From positions 1,674,001-1,738,000 of the forward strand of contig JAYWIR010000002.1 of the NCBI GenBank assembly GCA_036172245.1: 64,000 nucleotides of DNA, given 5' to 3'. The translations under genes and the position numbers were made by a program. Of the stretch, positions 1-13,290 are shown in pieces (within the stretch, counting starts at the first letter, position 1; each line of letters starts with the position of its first letter). The notes below the pieces were generated by a model. That model was not told where the DNA came from and ran no database searches. It saw only the letters and a list, made by a program, of their open reading frames with translations. Source of the stretch: Raillietiella orientalis. Lineage: Eukaryota.

Positions 1-2246
1 TAATTAACTGATAAAAGGAATTCATTCTACTGGTGTGTTGCACTTGGTTCTCCTGAAAGCAGATTATAGAACCATAGGCATTTAAGAAAAACAAGTACAT
101 ATGTTGCTACTAGTGTACCTCATCTTTGATTACATAAGCTTGGATCAAATGAGATTTCTTTTGAACTTCAGCCATTAAATGCTGGCAGGCTTCCTCCAAA
201 AATTCAATGCGGTCCTTCTTTTTGAACAGAGATTTCTCCAATCTTATAACCTTCTCTATCAACTTTTTCTGCTGTTCCGGCTCCAATTGTAATTGCACAC
301 AATTGGAATGATTGTTAGCATCATCTAGGGAATGCATAGAACTGGAACAGGAATCTAAACTTCTGTTTTCCCAACTATCCACTTTTCTGCGTAATGTTTG
401 AATTTCTTTGCTCATTTCCTGTTAAAAAAACATTTGTGGTTCTTCTAATCACATCTCACCTTCATGCAACTCATATGCTTTTTCCTGGCAATAGAGAGCT
501 CTACTTTTGTATCAGCTAGCAATCCAGCTAGCTTCTCTAATTCCACAGTCTTTTCAGCAATTGGGATAGCCATTAGATGTAGTTCTTCTTCTTTCTGACG
601 TTTGACAGCAGCCAACTGATTTGTCATTTCTGCTAGCTGTGTTTCAAGTTCCCTGATTCTTTCGGTTTGCTCTGTGCTGCAGCTAGTCAATTCCCGAAAC
701 TAAAAAAGCCCACTATTTCACTACCAAGTATCCTTGTGCCTGTGTATCTACCTGTTCTTCTAATAAGCTGAGTTCAGCCTGCAAATGCACATTCTTCTCC
801 GTTATTTTCCTGGTGAAGTCTAACATTTCACCCATTTTTTCTTGGCTGCTAGCCATATCTTGCTGAAGTTCACTGTTCTCCTTGTATAATCTTTCCACTT
901 CTTCAGTACACCTGTGTAATTCTTCCTTTTGCCTACAAAGACATTTGTTTCTTGCACTGAGGCTTAATACTTTACCCATCCAGCTGTAACTGCATGTTCT
1001 GCATATTTGACAAGTTGGCTTGACATTCACTGATTTGTTGTGCTTGAGTCCTGACAAGTTCTTTTAATTTACTTACGGTACTTTCATACTGAAATCTCTG
1101 CTCTTCTAAGCTCTGAACCTATACTTGCAGATGCATGGTTAGCCTTTCTGTATTTAAAGCTTACTCTATCAACTAAGTGATTTTCTTCCTGAACTGATTG
1201 CAAATGCTTCTGCTTAAGAGTCTCTCCTTCTGCTTCTAAATGTACAATAGTATCTGTGGCTTTAACTAGTTCTTGTTCTTTGGTGATTAGTGCAGACTGC
1301 TTGTCTTTGAGTTCTTTTTCTAGAATGTGAGCTCGATTTTCTTCAGAAAGTGAAAATGACTGCATTAACTGTTGGCACTCTAGACGTACTTGTGCTGTTT
1401 CTTCCATGCATTCAGCCTGCTTTTTCAAGCTCATTTCCAATTTTATTTTCAGTTCCTACAATGATAGATGCCTGCTTAGAATTTTGCAGGGAAAACTCTT
1501 GAATGCTGTAAAACAGCATTCCAGCACTACCTGATGAGCTTCACATTCTTGTTTCAATTTGTTCTGAAGGAAATTAACTGTCTCTTCATGGGAAAGAAGC
1601 TCATCCTTCAGACTATCACATTTTTTGTTTGCAGCAATGCACTCATTATACTTTTCAAGATTTCACAATTTTATTCAAGAGCAATCAGATATTCATACCT
1701 TTTCATCAAATAAATTACCAAGTCTCACTTTTTCATTATTCAACATTTTAATTTTTCCTTGGAATATATCATTTTCCTTCAAAGCATCTTTCAGCTTGTG
1801 CTCTAGAATTTCTTTTTCTTTTTTTAAACAAATGATTGTCTTCTGCCCTTCTGCATATTTCATCACCATTGACTCACGGTCCTTTTGAGCATTTTCCAGA
1901 TCCTTCTGAAGCTATAAAAGGACTACAATTGCATTATATTTTAAAAAAATTTGCAAACAGTCACAGATATTGTTCAAGTTTGTTGACATGGAACATTCTA
2001 CATTCTATTTCACTTCAAAATATTAAGTTACACAGTGTGATAAATTTATTAGATAAGTACCACTTTTATTGCACTCCAAAAAAGGACTTACTTTTTCCTG
2101 CACTGCTGTTGCATTTTCTACAGGTTTGCTTGAATTGTTTTTCTGTAGAGACAATAAAGTTTCCAATTCTTTTATTTTTGATAAATGAGCATTGCATTCT
2201 TCACAAATTTTATGCGATATACAATCTTGGTTGTCTTTTTTCACTT
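1..2246 (-). CDS. CCDC186: Coiled-coil domain-containing protein 186-like golgin (CCCP-1/Golgin104 family); partial: 3' end runs off the window, 5' exon(s) unresolved (possibly ~2772-2820)
   Basis: Minus-strand exons 2246-2092, 1911-1699, 1650-1531, 1455-1165, 1118-976, 932-752, 699-460, 418-119 and 52-<1 join in frame through GT-AG introns of 41-180 nt. The product is a continuous coiled coil with family-type segments 'KDRESMVMKYAEGQK', 'FLQNKLKQECEAHQ' and 'LIEKVIRLEKSLFKKKDRIEFLEEACQHLMAEVQKKSHLIQAYVIKDE' (recalled similarity to vertebrate CCDC186). Confidence 0.88.
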
Positions 2247-5149
2247 CTGAACTTTCAAATTCAAACCAAGTTTAATAGCAAAATTCTTAGAAAACTGTTT
2301 TTATACAGACATATTTGTGCCACTTACTGGTAATCAATTAAATTAAATTCATGCATTGATGTCTACACATGATATTCAACATTTTTAATACAAATTCATT
2401 CCACATGCCAAACTTCAATAGAAGATGCCATGTTTCTAGATAAAAGGGCAAACAGTAACTCGATTTGTTTTGCAACTCAAGCAAATGAATAGCGATTTAA
2501 AAGATGCACGTCTTTTAAAGGCATAAAAATTTGTACAATCTCATAGAAAAAACCATTCGATTCAAAAACTTTATTCTCAACATATAATGTAACCTAGGAT
2601 GGAACACAGGATATTGTGTACCCATTATTTTGGTTTAAACGTGATACGAAAGAACTGAAACATATTTATGCTAGCACCAATTTCCACGATCCTATTTAAT
2701 ATACCTACTCGTCTTTTTTAAACTGCTGCTGCACATAATTATACGGCATATTCATTAGGAAAGTAACATACCTCTCGATCATGATGGCTTATCCTTGGTT
2801 ACTATGCATTTCTTGAATGCTTTCAAAAGTTGAATTACAAACTTAGGCTTCATATCGCATTTTCACATATCGAACGATCTTTTAAAAAATTTCCAATGTC
2901 ACAAAACGAAAATGCAGCATTTGAAATCCAAATGAAAACTGTGGATCGGAGATTCTCAGTTTCGAAGAACCTGTATTCCACATGCTTCAAAATCCACCGT
3001 TGACGCCACAAGGGTTCAACTGTACATTCGTGAGAGTGCAAACAGGGTGCACTTCAAACATGTCCCAAGTACGTGTACATGTTAATTCCCTGACTTTTGG
3101 GATCCTTGATTTTGTTCAATTTTACAGAGAAAAACACAAGTCTTCAGACTACGGTCGTGATGTCCAGTAATTTATCGTAAAATATCACCCTAATAAAAAC
3201 GAGCGTAACGTTAAATTTCATAACGAAGCAAACTCATTGGACTTTAGAGCATACGGTCCAAAGGGTTTTGAGTGTTTATTACTTGTAATCTTGTAAAAAT
3301 TGTGCTTTTGATATTTTTAAAAGTTCGACTAACTAATGGACTTTGTTTTTTTTTTTTTCTTTTGGGAGGGCGGTGCATAGTTGAAATGTAATAATATCAA
3401 CTATTAATAATATTAATGAGGTTTCCTCTCCTCGCTAGATAAACTACAGTCCAGTTCATAACTTCATAATGACTACAACGGCTTTGGCATTTAAAACACC
3501 GAGTGCATGAAGGTATTACATCTGAGCAATTCATTTATTATTATTATTATGACATTAAACAAATTTCGTATCATCTTTGCTTGAGGCTGACAAGCAACTC
3601 TTGTTTCATACGTTCAAAGATCTTTCTTCCATTTATTTGGCCCATTCATGTGCAGCCAAATTTCCATATTCAGTGAAATGCCACTGCTGTGTACATACGC
3701 TGCCACTAATTTCGTCATTTTCAAGCATTCTGCTTGTATTATAAACTAATTAGAACTGATTCAGAAGATAACATTTAAGCGTTGAGCAGCATTGGTATTT
3801 AATTTAACAAATAACTCTTCGACCGTCAATTTGAATGTAGGATGGAAAGAGGGAGTTTAACTTCAGAACATGGTAAAAACTGTAACAGATGGAAATAATG
3901 TAAAATATGGCCAAAAATACAAAAGCTGCAAAAAGTATAAGAAGCCACACCGAAACCAAGCCGATATCCGTGGGCAGTTCTGATTTAGCATTTCTTTTTC
4001 ATTGTATGATCAAACTATAAGAATTTGTAATGACTTTATTAAAGATTATATTTCTCAACGAATGCATATGAAGCTGAATAAATGCACGATGCAGTTGAAA
4101 CTACTAAATTCGAATGTCACTTTTTGTATGTACAAAAAGATTATCATGGAAGAGTACGCTGATCACAGTTTTTAACTGTATCGCTTTTCCTTGCATACCT
4201 GACAAAAAAAATCGAAATACTCGATTTCTGCATTAATTTCCATTATTACAATAGTTTTGTATGTGCATCCGAAAGTAGAATGTCTAGAATATCTACTCTT
4301 TTCTTGCCATTGTAAATTTAGATTTAAGACTGAAACTTATTCTCGTTGCTTGGTTTACACCTCATTAAGCATCCATGCTAAATACATTGCAAGCATATTG
4401 TCTTTTTGAACACAAGTTAAAATGGCAAATCCTTCTTGAGAGAATTCTTGTACACTCGTTAATAGAAAGAGTCCTTTCTGAATGTGAAAGGCATACTAGG
4501 TTGAGAATTCACATCTTATCAGAATGAAAAAAACAGTCACAGTCATTTACGATTATTACTGACAACCCGTTTTACAGTACATCTCGCAAACCTTGCATTG
4601 CATTGGAGGCTCAGGACAGCCTTGTAAGCGACTCTTTGAGAAGATCGAGTTTCTGTCATAATCAAGATAACTCATTTTGTGTTCTGAAGTCACGTTATGC
4701 ATATGCAATGTTAACTTTTTGAATAGCTTTTTGTGAATAGTGTCCCATTGTTTCTCCGATGGAATGTTCACTTGTTTGAAGTGAGACGAACAGTTTCATG
4801 ACTTGAAGCTGGAACTAAAAACATTTCTTTTCACTTTGAGATGGGTTTTCCTATTCTTTTCCTGTTTCCCTTATGAGTTGCATTGTCTGAGTTCGAAAAG
4901 TTGGCGTATCAAGCAAGGGGAATTTTTTTTTTTTTGCGTGTATTTTGGCTCTAAAACGAAAAACGTTGGTCTTTGTATTCATATTTATGTTTCTTTGGTA
5001 AGAAACAAAAGCATCAGCCGTTTTGAAATATAATTTTCCATTGAGGAGCGATGTTCAAAATTCAGAAAGGAATTGGTTGACCAAGAAATAGCCCAACATA
5101 GGTTTCAAGGAGATTTACAGAATTGCAAAAGGAAAAAAAATAAATATAA

Positions 5150-5600
5150 ATATAAGTTTCTAGAGTCCAATTCTCCAATCCACAGCATTTCTATTTTGGA
5201 TGGATGATGACTGAATTATAAGTTCCATGCGTTTAGCTGAACTCTTCAGGAACTGTGAACAAAGGCTTATGAATCCAATAATTTCCCGAGTTCCAGTTTC
5301 TCTTCGCTTTCACTTAAGGGAGGAGAACCGACTCGCGCTTGTCAAAAGTAGATTTTTTTCTGAACTATGAGACCTGTAGTTGCTCAAGAGGATTCACGCA
5401 GATACCTGTCTTCACGCTGCACTTGCCTCCTACCAATCCGAAGCTCGAATTGCCACTTCACCGAATGACCGCATAGCTCCCTCATTTCCAGCTTTGTTTT
5501 GCAAATGTTTCCTTTTTATTCCATCCACGGAGAAAAGCTTACATCTCCGCTAATGCAAATGTTCCTCCTCAGCGTTTAAGTCAACTTTCTTTCCTGCTTG
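5150..5600 (-). mobile_element. Highly decayed non-LTR retrotransposon reverse transcriptase fragment
   Basis: Minus-strand translation with stops and frameshifts gives 'KLFSVDGIKRKHL' (cf. KxPGxDGI), then 'VLLP*' and 'NY..ISLCSQFLKSSAKRME' (cf. LLPK...NYRPISL), in the expected order. Confidence 0.45.
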
Positions 5601-8600
5601 ATCATGGTGACAATTTTGGTTCTGTTTTTACCATCGGATACAGGATTAAAGCAGTGACGTGAACAAGAACGCTGGCGTGGTCCTTGTTATTCGATGTTCA
5701 GAAGTGTGGGGGCCAGAGCTCTTTCAAACAGCAGCAAGACGCCGATAAAGAAGCCAGAACAAAGATAACTCTAGCCCCAGCAGCGGAAGAAAAAAAAAAC
5801 CAAAAAAAAATTCGGAAAACCTTGCTATGAGAGGGAACTGCTGGAAGCGGGCAGCTTGTTTGATCAGTTCCAAGAAACCCTCATAGATACAAGCTAGTTG
5901 TTCCTGGAGTTGCGCGTCAGAGTTGCTGAGGTGTTTAAGAGAAGGTGTTTGTCAAACTGGAACTAGGAGCAGCATCCTGTTCTCTTAGTCACAATCCGGG
6001 AACGTAAGAAAAGATACGAACGAAACATTGCGGATCGGTTAGATAAAGAGAAGCATGGCAAGCGGATGGGTCTAACATTTCTGACAGAGCTCTCGAAAAC
6101 TGCGATATGAATGTACCGCTTTAAAGAGATTCTAGGAGCAGAGAATAAGAGTTACCAATGAAGAGGGAAGACCCTGATGGGACGATTCTTGCACTCACTG
6201 CAGATCTCGCGCTTCCGTTGCAGTCTGCATGGTGTCGAGGAGAGATGGGCAGCATTGACTGAAAAAAGTAACAAACGCGCTCTTCCATCATGGCGCTCCG
6301 TGCGAAACGGTTGGTATTCGGAATGCTCCTATCTTGAAGGGAAAGTTGCCCTAAATTACTCTTGAGGAATCCCGGGTCCTTAATGCCTTCTGGCTCGCCG
6401 CACTAGCTGAGAGCAATTGGCTGTCGTTTATAATTCGTGTGCTGGAAACACGTTGAATGCTTCACTCTGAAGAAGCGGAGCACTCTTTCAGCAGCCAAAA
6501 ATTGCAAAGCCTAACTGCAGAGAATGCGATGAAGAATCTTGCAAGTTTTACAGGAAATCTTGCATTACAGAACGGCGGATGAATTTTACTAATGCAGATG
6601 CATTCAGTGCATCCACAAAGAAAATGGTTCCTTCAGCGAAAATCTCGCCTAGAGGTCTGACATGCATTTCTGAAGAGGGATTCCGAAGATTGCTTTTTCA
6701 CGGAATATTCAGAGAAAAAGATGGAAAGCAATTGGATCCACCTTTTCTCAAGAGGTTTTAATGAAGATATCCATACATAGCAGAAGAAGAAAAAAAAAAT
6801 GTGGAAGCGCGCTTTCCGAAAGACCGAACTGAGATAAACGTTCAAGAAGAAGCATTTTCCTCCCTCATCCCGAATACTAGGAAGGAGAAAGCTACTGAAC
6901 TTGCATTTATGTGCATTTGTGCTTTTTGAGGAAAAAAAACTCCCAAGAAGCCATGGGACAGAATAAAGACATTTTTCGAAGTGCAATTCTTTTCTTTGGT
7001 CGGAAAGTCGGCAAATTTTTTTTTTTTTTTTAATTTTCGGAAGCTGTGTACAGTAGCTAACAGGAGAGGTGATGTAAACAAGCCGAGTCGATGCCCAGTC
7101 CCCAAGGCTCTTGAATTTCCAACTTCAATCATTTCTCATTCAGATGAGAAATTTTCTCTCTCTTTTTCTCAATGTTTGTTGAAAACGATAATCACATCCA
7201 ATCGCTGGCAAATTCGATACATATGGCACTGGCGGAAGGTGATTACGTGAGGAGCCATTTGAAAAATAGGACGAACCCAATAACGTTTTGGAACTTCGTC
7301 TTCTGTAAACAGGTGTCTTCCTCCATTGCTGTACAAGTATAGCTTTGAACTGGAGAGTTGACCTCTTTCTGCCTAAAGAAATCAGAGCAAAAAACGATCA
7401 TTATTTCAGATTGGAATTCATGTCAAAACTGGTTACAACATTTTGAGTTTTCTTCTACAGAACGCAGACCGCATTCCTAAAATACAAGAGATCATAGATA
7501 AAAATTCATTTTTTTTTTCCCATCAGTTTTTGATGTTCCTGATTTCACATGAGTTCTTTTCCGAGCTCTGCGCAACGCGTACCGTCCACTATGTACCTTA
7601 AGGCAGAGAAACTGAGTGCTTCATATCCTCAGATCGAGGCAGCACTCGAAAGTCACGGCGCTCCACCGAGGTATCCTCCACGCTGATTGGCTGCTGTGAG
7701 TTTGTTGGTGACGTTTGCATGATTAGACAGGAGACCGTGAAAGCGAAAAGGAAATCAATCCTGAGGATTGCCGACAGAGTAACGTAATTTGCTCTGTTCA
7801 ATCATTCGGATGATCAGACCGATAACAGCTCTCGCTTTCAGGAGCACAAATGATTGGAGAATGAGGAGCCACAGAACAGTCCCATCGCTTAGAAACTCTG
7901 AACTCTAGTGACTTCATTGGAGAGTGTATTTTTAGGGAAGCTGAACGAGGAAATGATCACATGTTTGCTAAGAGAGATCCTTCGTCTTCATCATCGACTC
8001 GTAATGCCTCAGAGCCGAAGATCGCACCAGGAGGTGGTGAACTCAGGTTTCTTTGGCTTTCGTTGTGAATCGGGAAGGGATTTGCTTAAGAAGTTGCATA
8101 CTCACTGTCGGAACCATGGTCTATTCTGAGCCCCTTGATGCCGAATCCTAGCTGGCGTATTCTTGAAAAGGACGTCGATCTTTCTGTTGAATACATCCTG
8201 ATGATCCGAAACCCCGCAGGATTAATTGAAGGGGTAACTTCCTCAACGTTAGGCAGAAAAGAGCCCAGGGAGATCAGATCAGATAGCTGTGTCGGACAAT
8301 CAATCGACTCGTCGAGACAGCCACTCTGCAAATTCTGTCAGCCATGTCCCACGTTCCCATCGTGAAACCAGCTTGAGGGCACGCCCATTCCCTTGGAACA
8401 TGGCGTCACACTGCTGTGGTAGCCTCAATCGATCTGATGCATCTACACGCAAGGTTCCAGTCGCGGTCTCTTCCACATAAGAGAGGGGCATGGGCACATG
8501 ATCACGCTTAGGCATGCTCACAAGTTCACCTTTGCACTCGCCATCGAGCTCTCATAGAAAGGAGTTAATTCGCAGCTTCCTGCCCGCACGATGCAATGCT

Positions 8601-9344
8601 CGCTGCTCCATCAAAAACCACCAGTCCTCATCCCGAAACCACATTGCCTTTCCGTACATCGTCTACCGCACATACAGGCAGAACCGGGTCAGTTCAGTCT
8701 GTCAGTTCGCGACGCCTGAACGTTCTGAGCGTTTCATGTGCGTGCAGTTCGACAGACAACAACGAGAGGCCGTGTGGCTGCACGATGGGGGGTGGCAAGG
8801 GAGGTGATCTGCTGGAAAAATCCCCTGATCAGCTCCAACTGGGCATTGGATCCTTCCTGGTTTTCCAGCCTTCAGGGTACACCTGTTGGCACGCGCTGTT
8901 CGTGCCAGGTTGCGTCATGCCATGCATCGCTGCTCCCATTGGCACCACGTCGATGCGATTATTTGGCATTCGTATGCACTATTTGTGCGTGTAAGTGTTT
9001 GCGGGCATTGTGAGAGATTGTATTCACGTTAGGGACTTGCGCTCCCGTTTTTTTTTCGAACTATTCAAGTACAAGTTCGTGTTCGAGTACTCCTTAAAGT
9101 GTACACGAGTCGCGGTATGGATGTAACCCGAATTTCCACTTTAAGGATGGAAAGCCAGAGTCGGCCACTCAGTTAAGTTTCTAATGGGATGATATTTTCC
9201 TGCATGGATGAAACTAGGAGTATGAACTAATATGGAGGGAGAAGGGGGAAGGGAATGCAGAACGAAGGCACTTAACTCAGGTTTCATGAATGCATAATCC
9301 TTTTATTTTTAGAAAAGTTATGATCTGAATTCGGAGGCTCGAGT

Positions 9345-9650
9345 TATCCCACCTCCCACCATCACGAAAAAATTCGAAATCATTAACGAAACAGAACACC
9401 CAATTTTCATCTCCGCGATCCCTTCCACCTCCCTACTACCCCCTTTAACTAACCATCCTAACATTCTCGATACCTACAAATAACTGTTAATACCATTCCA
9501 AACATTACCAACACTTCGACCATATTATCCCACATTGAAAATCGTATTCACTCTATCAGATAATCCCCTCCTATATTAACACCGTAAAAAGGGAAATCCC
9601 CATCATACACCTGTTGATATCATACTAACACTATAAACTATCCTTAAAAA
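9345..9650 (-). mobile_element. Possible L1/Tx1-like ORF1 remnant with extreme strand bias (see findings)
   Basis: Minus strand reads 'MVEVLVMFGMVLTVICRYREC*DG*LKG' and, in another frame, 'IAEMKIG....ISNFFVMVG', resembling LINE ORF1 RRM-like segments (L..FG.V..I.R; M....IP.F..G). The plus strand has only ~18 G in ~305 nt. Confidence 0.35.
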
Positions 9651-12089
9651 TGTAAAGCGCTGCTCCACTCAGGTCTTTTTAATCTTTTGCAACACCACAT
9701 CTAACGATCCAGATAGGGTTGGTAAGTTTGCACGTCTTTCACGATGGCAGGGGTTGCTGAAAATAAGGCTCTTGTGAAGGCTTTTGATCGCCTTCTGAGT
9801 TTGATTAGAGTTCAAGATTAGAGTCTGCTTGCAGTAAAGTCGCAGAATGGGTACTGGAGGGATGAACAGCAGGTGGACAAGGGAAACGTTCGAGAGACTT
9901 AATTGATGGGACACATTCAACGAGTGATGTCCGGATGGCAATCGCCTTGGGTACAGAAGGTTTGCTCACTTAGTAGTATGTAATCTTCTTCGCCATCCAG
10001 CATTCTGATGAAAACGCCGTTCGTAATGGAGTTGCATCCTGTTTCAGACCGGGAAAAATGGGGACTCACGTGGGAATTCGTTTCCGAGTTATAAGTTGAT
10101 CTGACCCGCTGGAGATGCGTATCCCCTTTTGCACTCGCGTGAGCTAGCGTAGTCCATCCCCAAGGATGTCCTTGGTATTAAAAACATTGGAAATCGATTC
10201 CACCTTTGTTTTCTGGAGTGAAGCAACCGGGGAGGGAATTTACAAACTGGGGTTCAACCTCTGCTCGGAGGCGAGTATTGAAAGCCGCAAGTTCAACGAG
10301 GAGGAGAGATGTTGCGCGTGCTCTTCTCCAGGGAATCCTGGAACATGGGAGAGTTTGGTGGATATTCGGTATCCAGTGCTACGTAGCTCACGAAGCTACG
10401 ATCGGAAAGAACAGCACCTTCAGAAGTTACGATCGGTGCTTCCAAGAGGAATGTGACGAACAAGAAACAGTTCATTTTTTGATGAACGAATGGGGAGAAA
10501 CGGATTAAGTTCGTAGAAGCCATCTTATCAATGATTTATCGATTCCTAAGACGCATTTATGTCTCCCTAGATTATTTTGGAACCTACAATCACTACGGGT
10601 AGCCATTTGCTCATGGAGTGTGAGAAACAAAGTTACTGGGAGATGTAAAAAAGAGAACCAAGGACAATAAGAAGAACAGAACTAGGAAGAGATCACAAGT
10701 TGAGAGAGAAGAATTCGGTAAGACAGCTAGTAGTGAGAGAGAAGGATAGGGAGAACAGTGAATTCAGGTTGTGAGGTGTCTGACATGGAGTGGGGAGGCT
10801 GTCGGCGTGTTTATGATAAGACTGAGCATAGGACCATCTTTTCGGGGAGGGAGGTTATATTCTGTGCAGTTACCATCACCCAGTTCATCCCCACTAACAC
10901 TGCAGTTGCCATAGGCTACACAACCCAAGCATCCTAACTCTTTCGTATGCTATGTAGATACAGTTGATTTCGGTGTCATCAACATAAATCCTAAGGCGCA
11001 AGGAAAGGTTAGGTGGCCACAGCGAGAGAAATCTTGGGAGACGTCCGCATCTCAAGATCGCACGTGTTGGTCGAGGGCAAAAGGCGAACTGCTACAGATC
11101 CCTGCTTCCCGAATAGGAATCTCCCTCCACGGCTCGAGCCCTAATCAGAGGGAGGTGGCCGATCGAGGATGCCGCTCGGGAAAGCCTCCCTGCTAGTCGG
11201 ATCCGAGTTTCAGAGCGAGCCACAGCCCACCCACGGGCGGTGTCTGGCCTTGCATCCGGATTGGGGGCATTCGAAACCCCTCCGAACGATCCCGTTGCAC
11301 AGCGGAAACCGGCAACTTTCCCATGGTGACCAAGAGGGTTCGCCTGCTAGAGAGGCGGTGGTTCCTGACGCTCCTCGTTCTTTCTCGTAACGCAACCAAT
11401 AAAATTTGCCGGTCGTTCGCGCGCCCGACACCCGGCGACCGCTGCCTCCGAACCTGGAATGCTTCCCATCCACTCTGCGAGTGCCACTACATGGCGGGGT
11501 CGGTTCTCGAGTGCCTCCCCCCGAGCTCACGCAGCTTCCCCCATTTTCTGAAAAATGCGACCTCCCTCCTCTCACGTTCACGAGAAAGCTGTCTCTCTCA
11601 TGATCCCAAGTGAACGAGCGCACTTTGCGCGGCGATCAGGAAAGGCAGGGGGGGGGGGGAGGAAGGGGGAACATGCGAACGAGGAGAGGACGCGTCCTCG
11701 CGCGAGGGCAAAATGTGCCAGTTTGGTACGGAGCGGCTGCTTACGTTGCTGCTGGGTTTTGCTTGGCCGTTCCCTCGCCTCTCCCACATTCCAAGGCGGC
11801 AGCGCTTCCAGAATCTCCGCGTCCCTTTGTTGCCGCTCGCTTTTTGTCGTCGACGATCACCTCCCTCTCCCTCCCCCTTCCGAGAAAAAAAGGGGGGAAG
11901 AGGTCTGCGGTGAACTCGACAAAGCAACACGGACCGCTTCCGGTTGCAGCACTCGGACTCTTCGGGACAAAAATCAGGGGAGAAGAGGTAGGGGGAGGAA
12001 GAGCCTCAAACCCCTGCTTTCGAGCCAGAGTCCAGCCTTCTGATTCAAATGAACCCCGTGTCATCTCGCCGCCGACCTTCTTCCGTGGC

Positions 12090-13290
12090 TCGACTTCCAA
12101 GTGAACCATCGCGACTCTTTCCCGTCCCCTCACCACTTCTCGCTCTGCCGCACCATCCACTCACCACACCACCTCGACCGCTGACCCGGTGCGACTGTCC
12201 TACTGGAAGGATCCGGATCCAGTCGGAACCGCTGGACCCTTCCGTGGCGCGCCACAAGGACAGGGGTTAGGAGAGGAGGCTCTTCCTCCAGCGGCAGCGG
12301 AAGATCGCGGCGTCCTCTCTCTTCCGCCTACCTCCCGAGGAAGACAAAGCCTGCCTTTCCTCGCGGAAACAGACCCGAGAACAGATCCGGTTGCCAGCGC
12401 CTGCTTCAAGCTGGCTCTTAGCTCACGTGGGTGAACTCTGACGATACCCTGACGACGATCTGTCTCCTGTCGACGACCTGTTCCTTTAGACCGGCCATGT
12501 CAGCCTGCACCAAAAGGTCCTTCCCTTCTGTACGCCACAGAGACGTCCCTCGAGGCATCCTTCCAGCTGATCCTTCGAGGGATAAGGGCGCCAGCAGGGA
12601 ACGACAAGGCATCCAGACTGCACCCTTCCTGGTGACCCTTGTCGACAGGGGTAGTAAAAGTGCTCTCAGGGTACCTGTGGGCGACTTTATTCCTCCGGAG
12701 GAGTGGGTCAAAAGAGCGAGGAGGGTTCCCTTCTGGACATCAAGTTACTCTTGGCTCCAGAGCGTCTTCTCCTCCTTCCTCCTTCTTGCCCTGCTCTGTG
12801 CTCGCCATCTGTCATTTGAAACGAAGAAGAAAACCGAGATCCTCCTCAGGAAAGAGCCGTGGGTCTCCTGAAGGACGATGCTGCCTCACGCCGAGATGCT
12901 GGCCCACCACTGGACCTTCTCGAAGAGACCTGGCGTCCGCTACGCCTGCTGACCTGAGGCGATCGGCGCCGCCTCCGCCTCACTGCCGCGGAGAACGAGG
13001 TCCACCGGCTTCCCTCCGAGGAGGGTGCGATGGCCCCACGGTTGCAAAAAAGAATCTAGAGGATCTCCTGCCGCTTCCACGAACTGGAGCGCTTGGTGAT
13101 AGGAGGAAGTGGGCAACGCCGCCTCAGCACCAAGCTGGGAGCATTTCGTCTCGAGCACCATCTGGGGAGAGTCTCTGTCCCGCAGGAAGACGGGTGTGAT
13201 CCCCACGCCCTTGGCCACAGCGCTCAAAGTCTTCCAAGAGAGAGTCGGCAGATTCCAAGCTCGGGATGAGAGCTCATCTGGACCCCATCT
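12090..13290 (-). mobile_element. Decayed L1/Tx1-clade LINE: apurinic endonuclease (APE) domain remnant plus upstream sequence
   Basis: One long minus-strand frame with scattered stops contains 'GSIVLQETH' (APE DIxxLQETH motif, ~12860-12885) and 'TEGKDLLVQADM...IVVRV' (cf. EGRxLxV...LxNVYAP). A frameshifted 'RLD(R)IL' follows near 12205-12225. Confidence 0.55.

Noticed and set aside
1912-2012. Extra CCDC186 exon with an ATATCT (U12-like) donor at ~1970
   Set aside because: No splice combination keeps the frame without a stop; a canonical GTAAGT donor at 2091 joins directly to 1911.
7600-9010. ORF cluster with an integrase-like 'GLRIDHG' and other protein-like stretches
   Set aside because: A single weak motif, many stops and no consistent domain order; probably a decayed repeat that I cannot assign.
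10166-10508. 'CCACSSPG...ESLVDI' as a retroelement zinc knuckle
   Set aside because: The key His and Cys residues are missing and there are no supporting neighbouring motifs.
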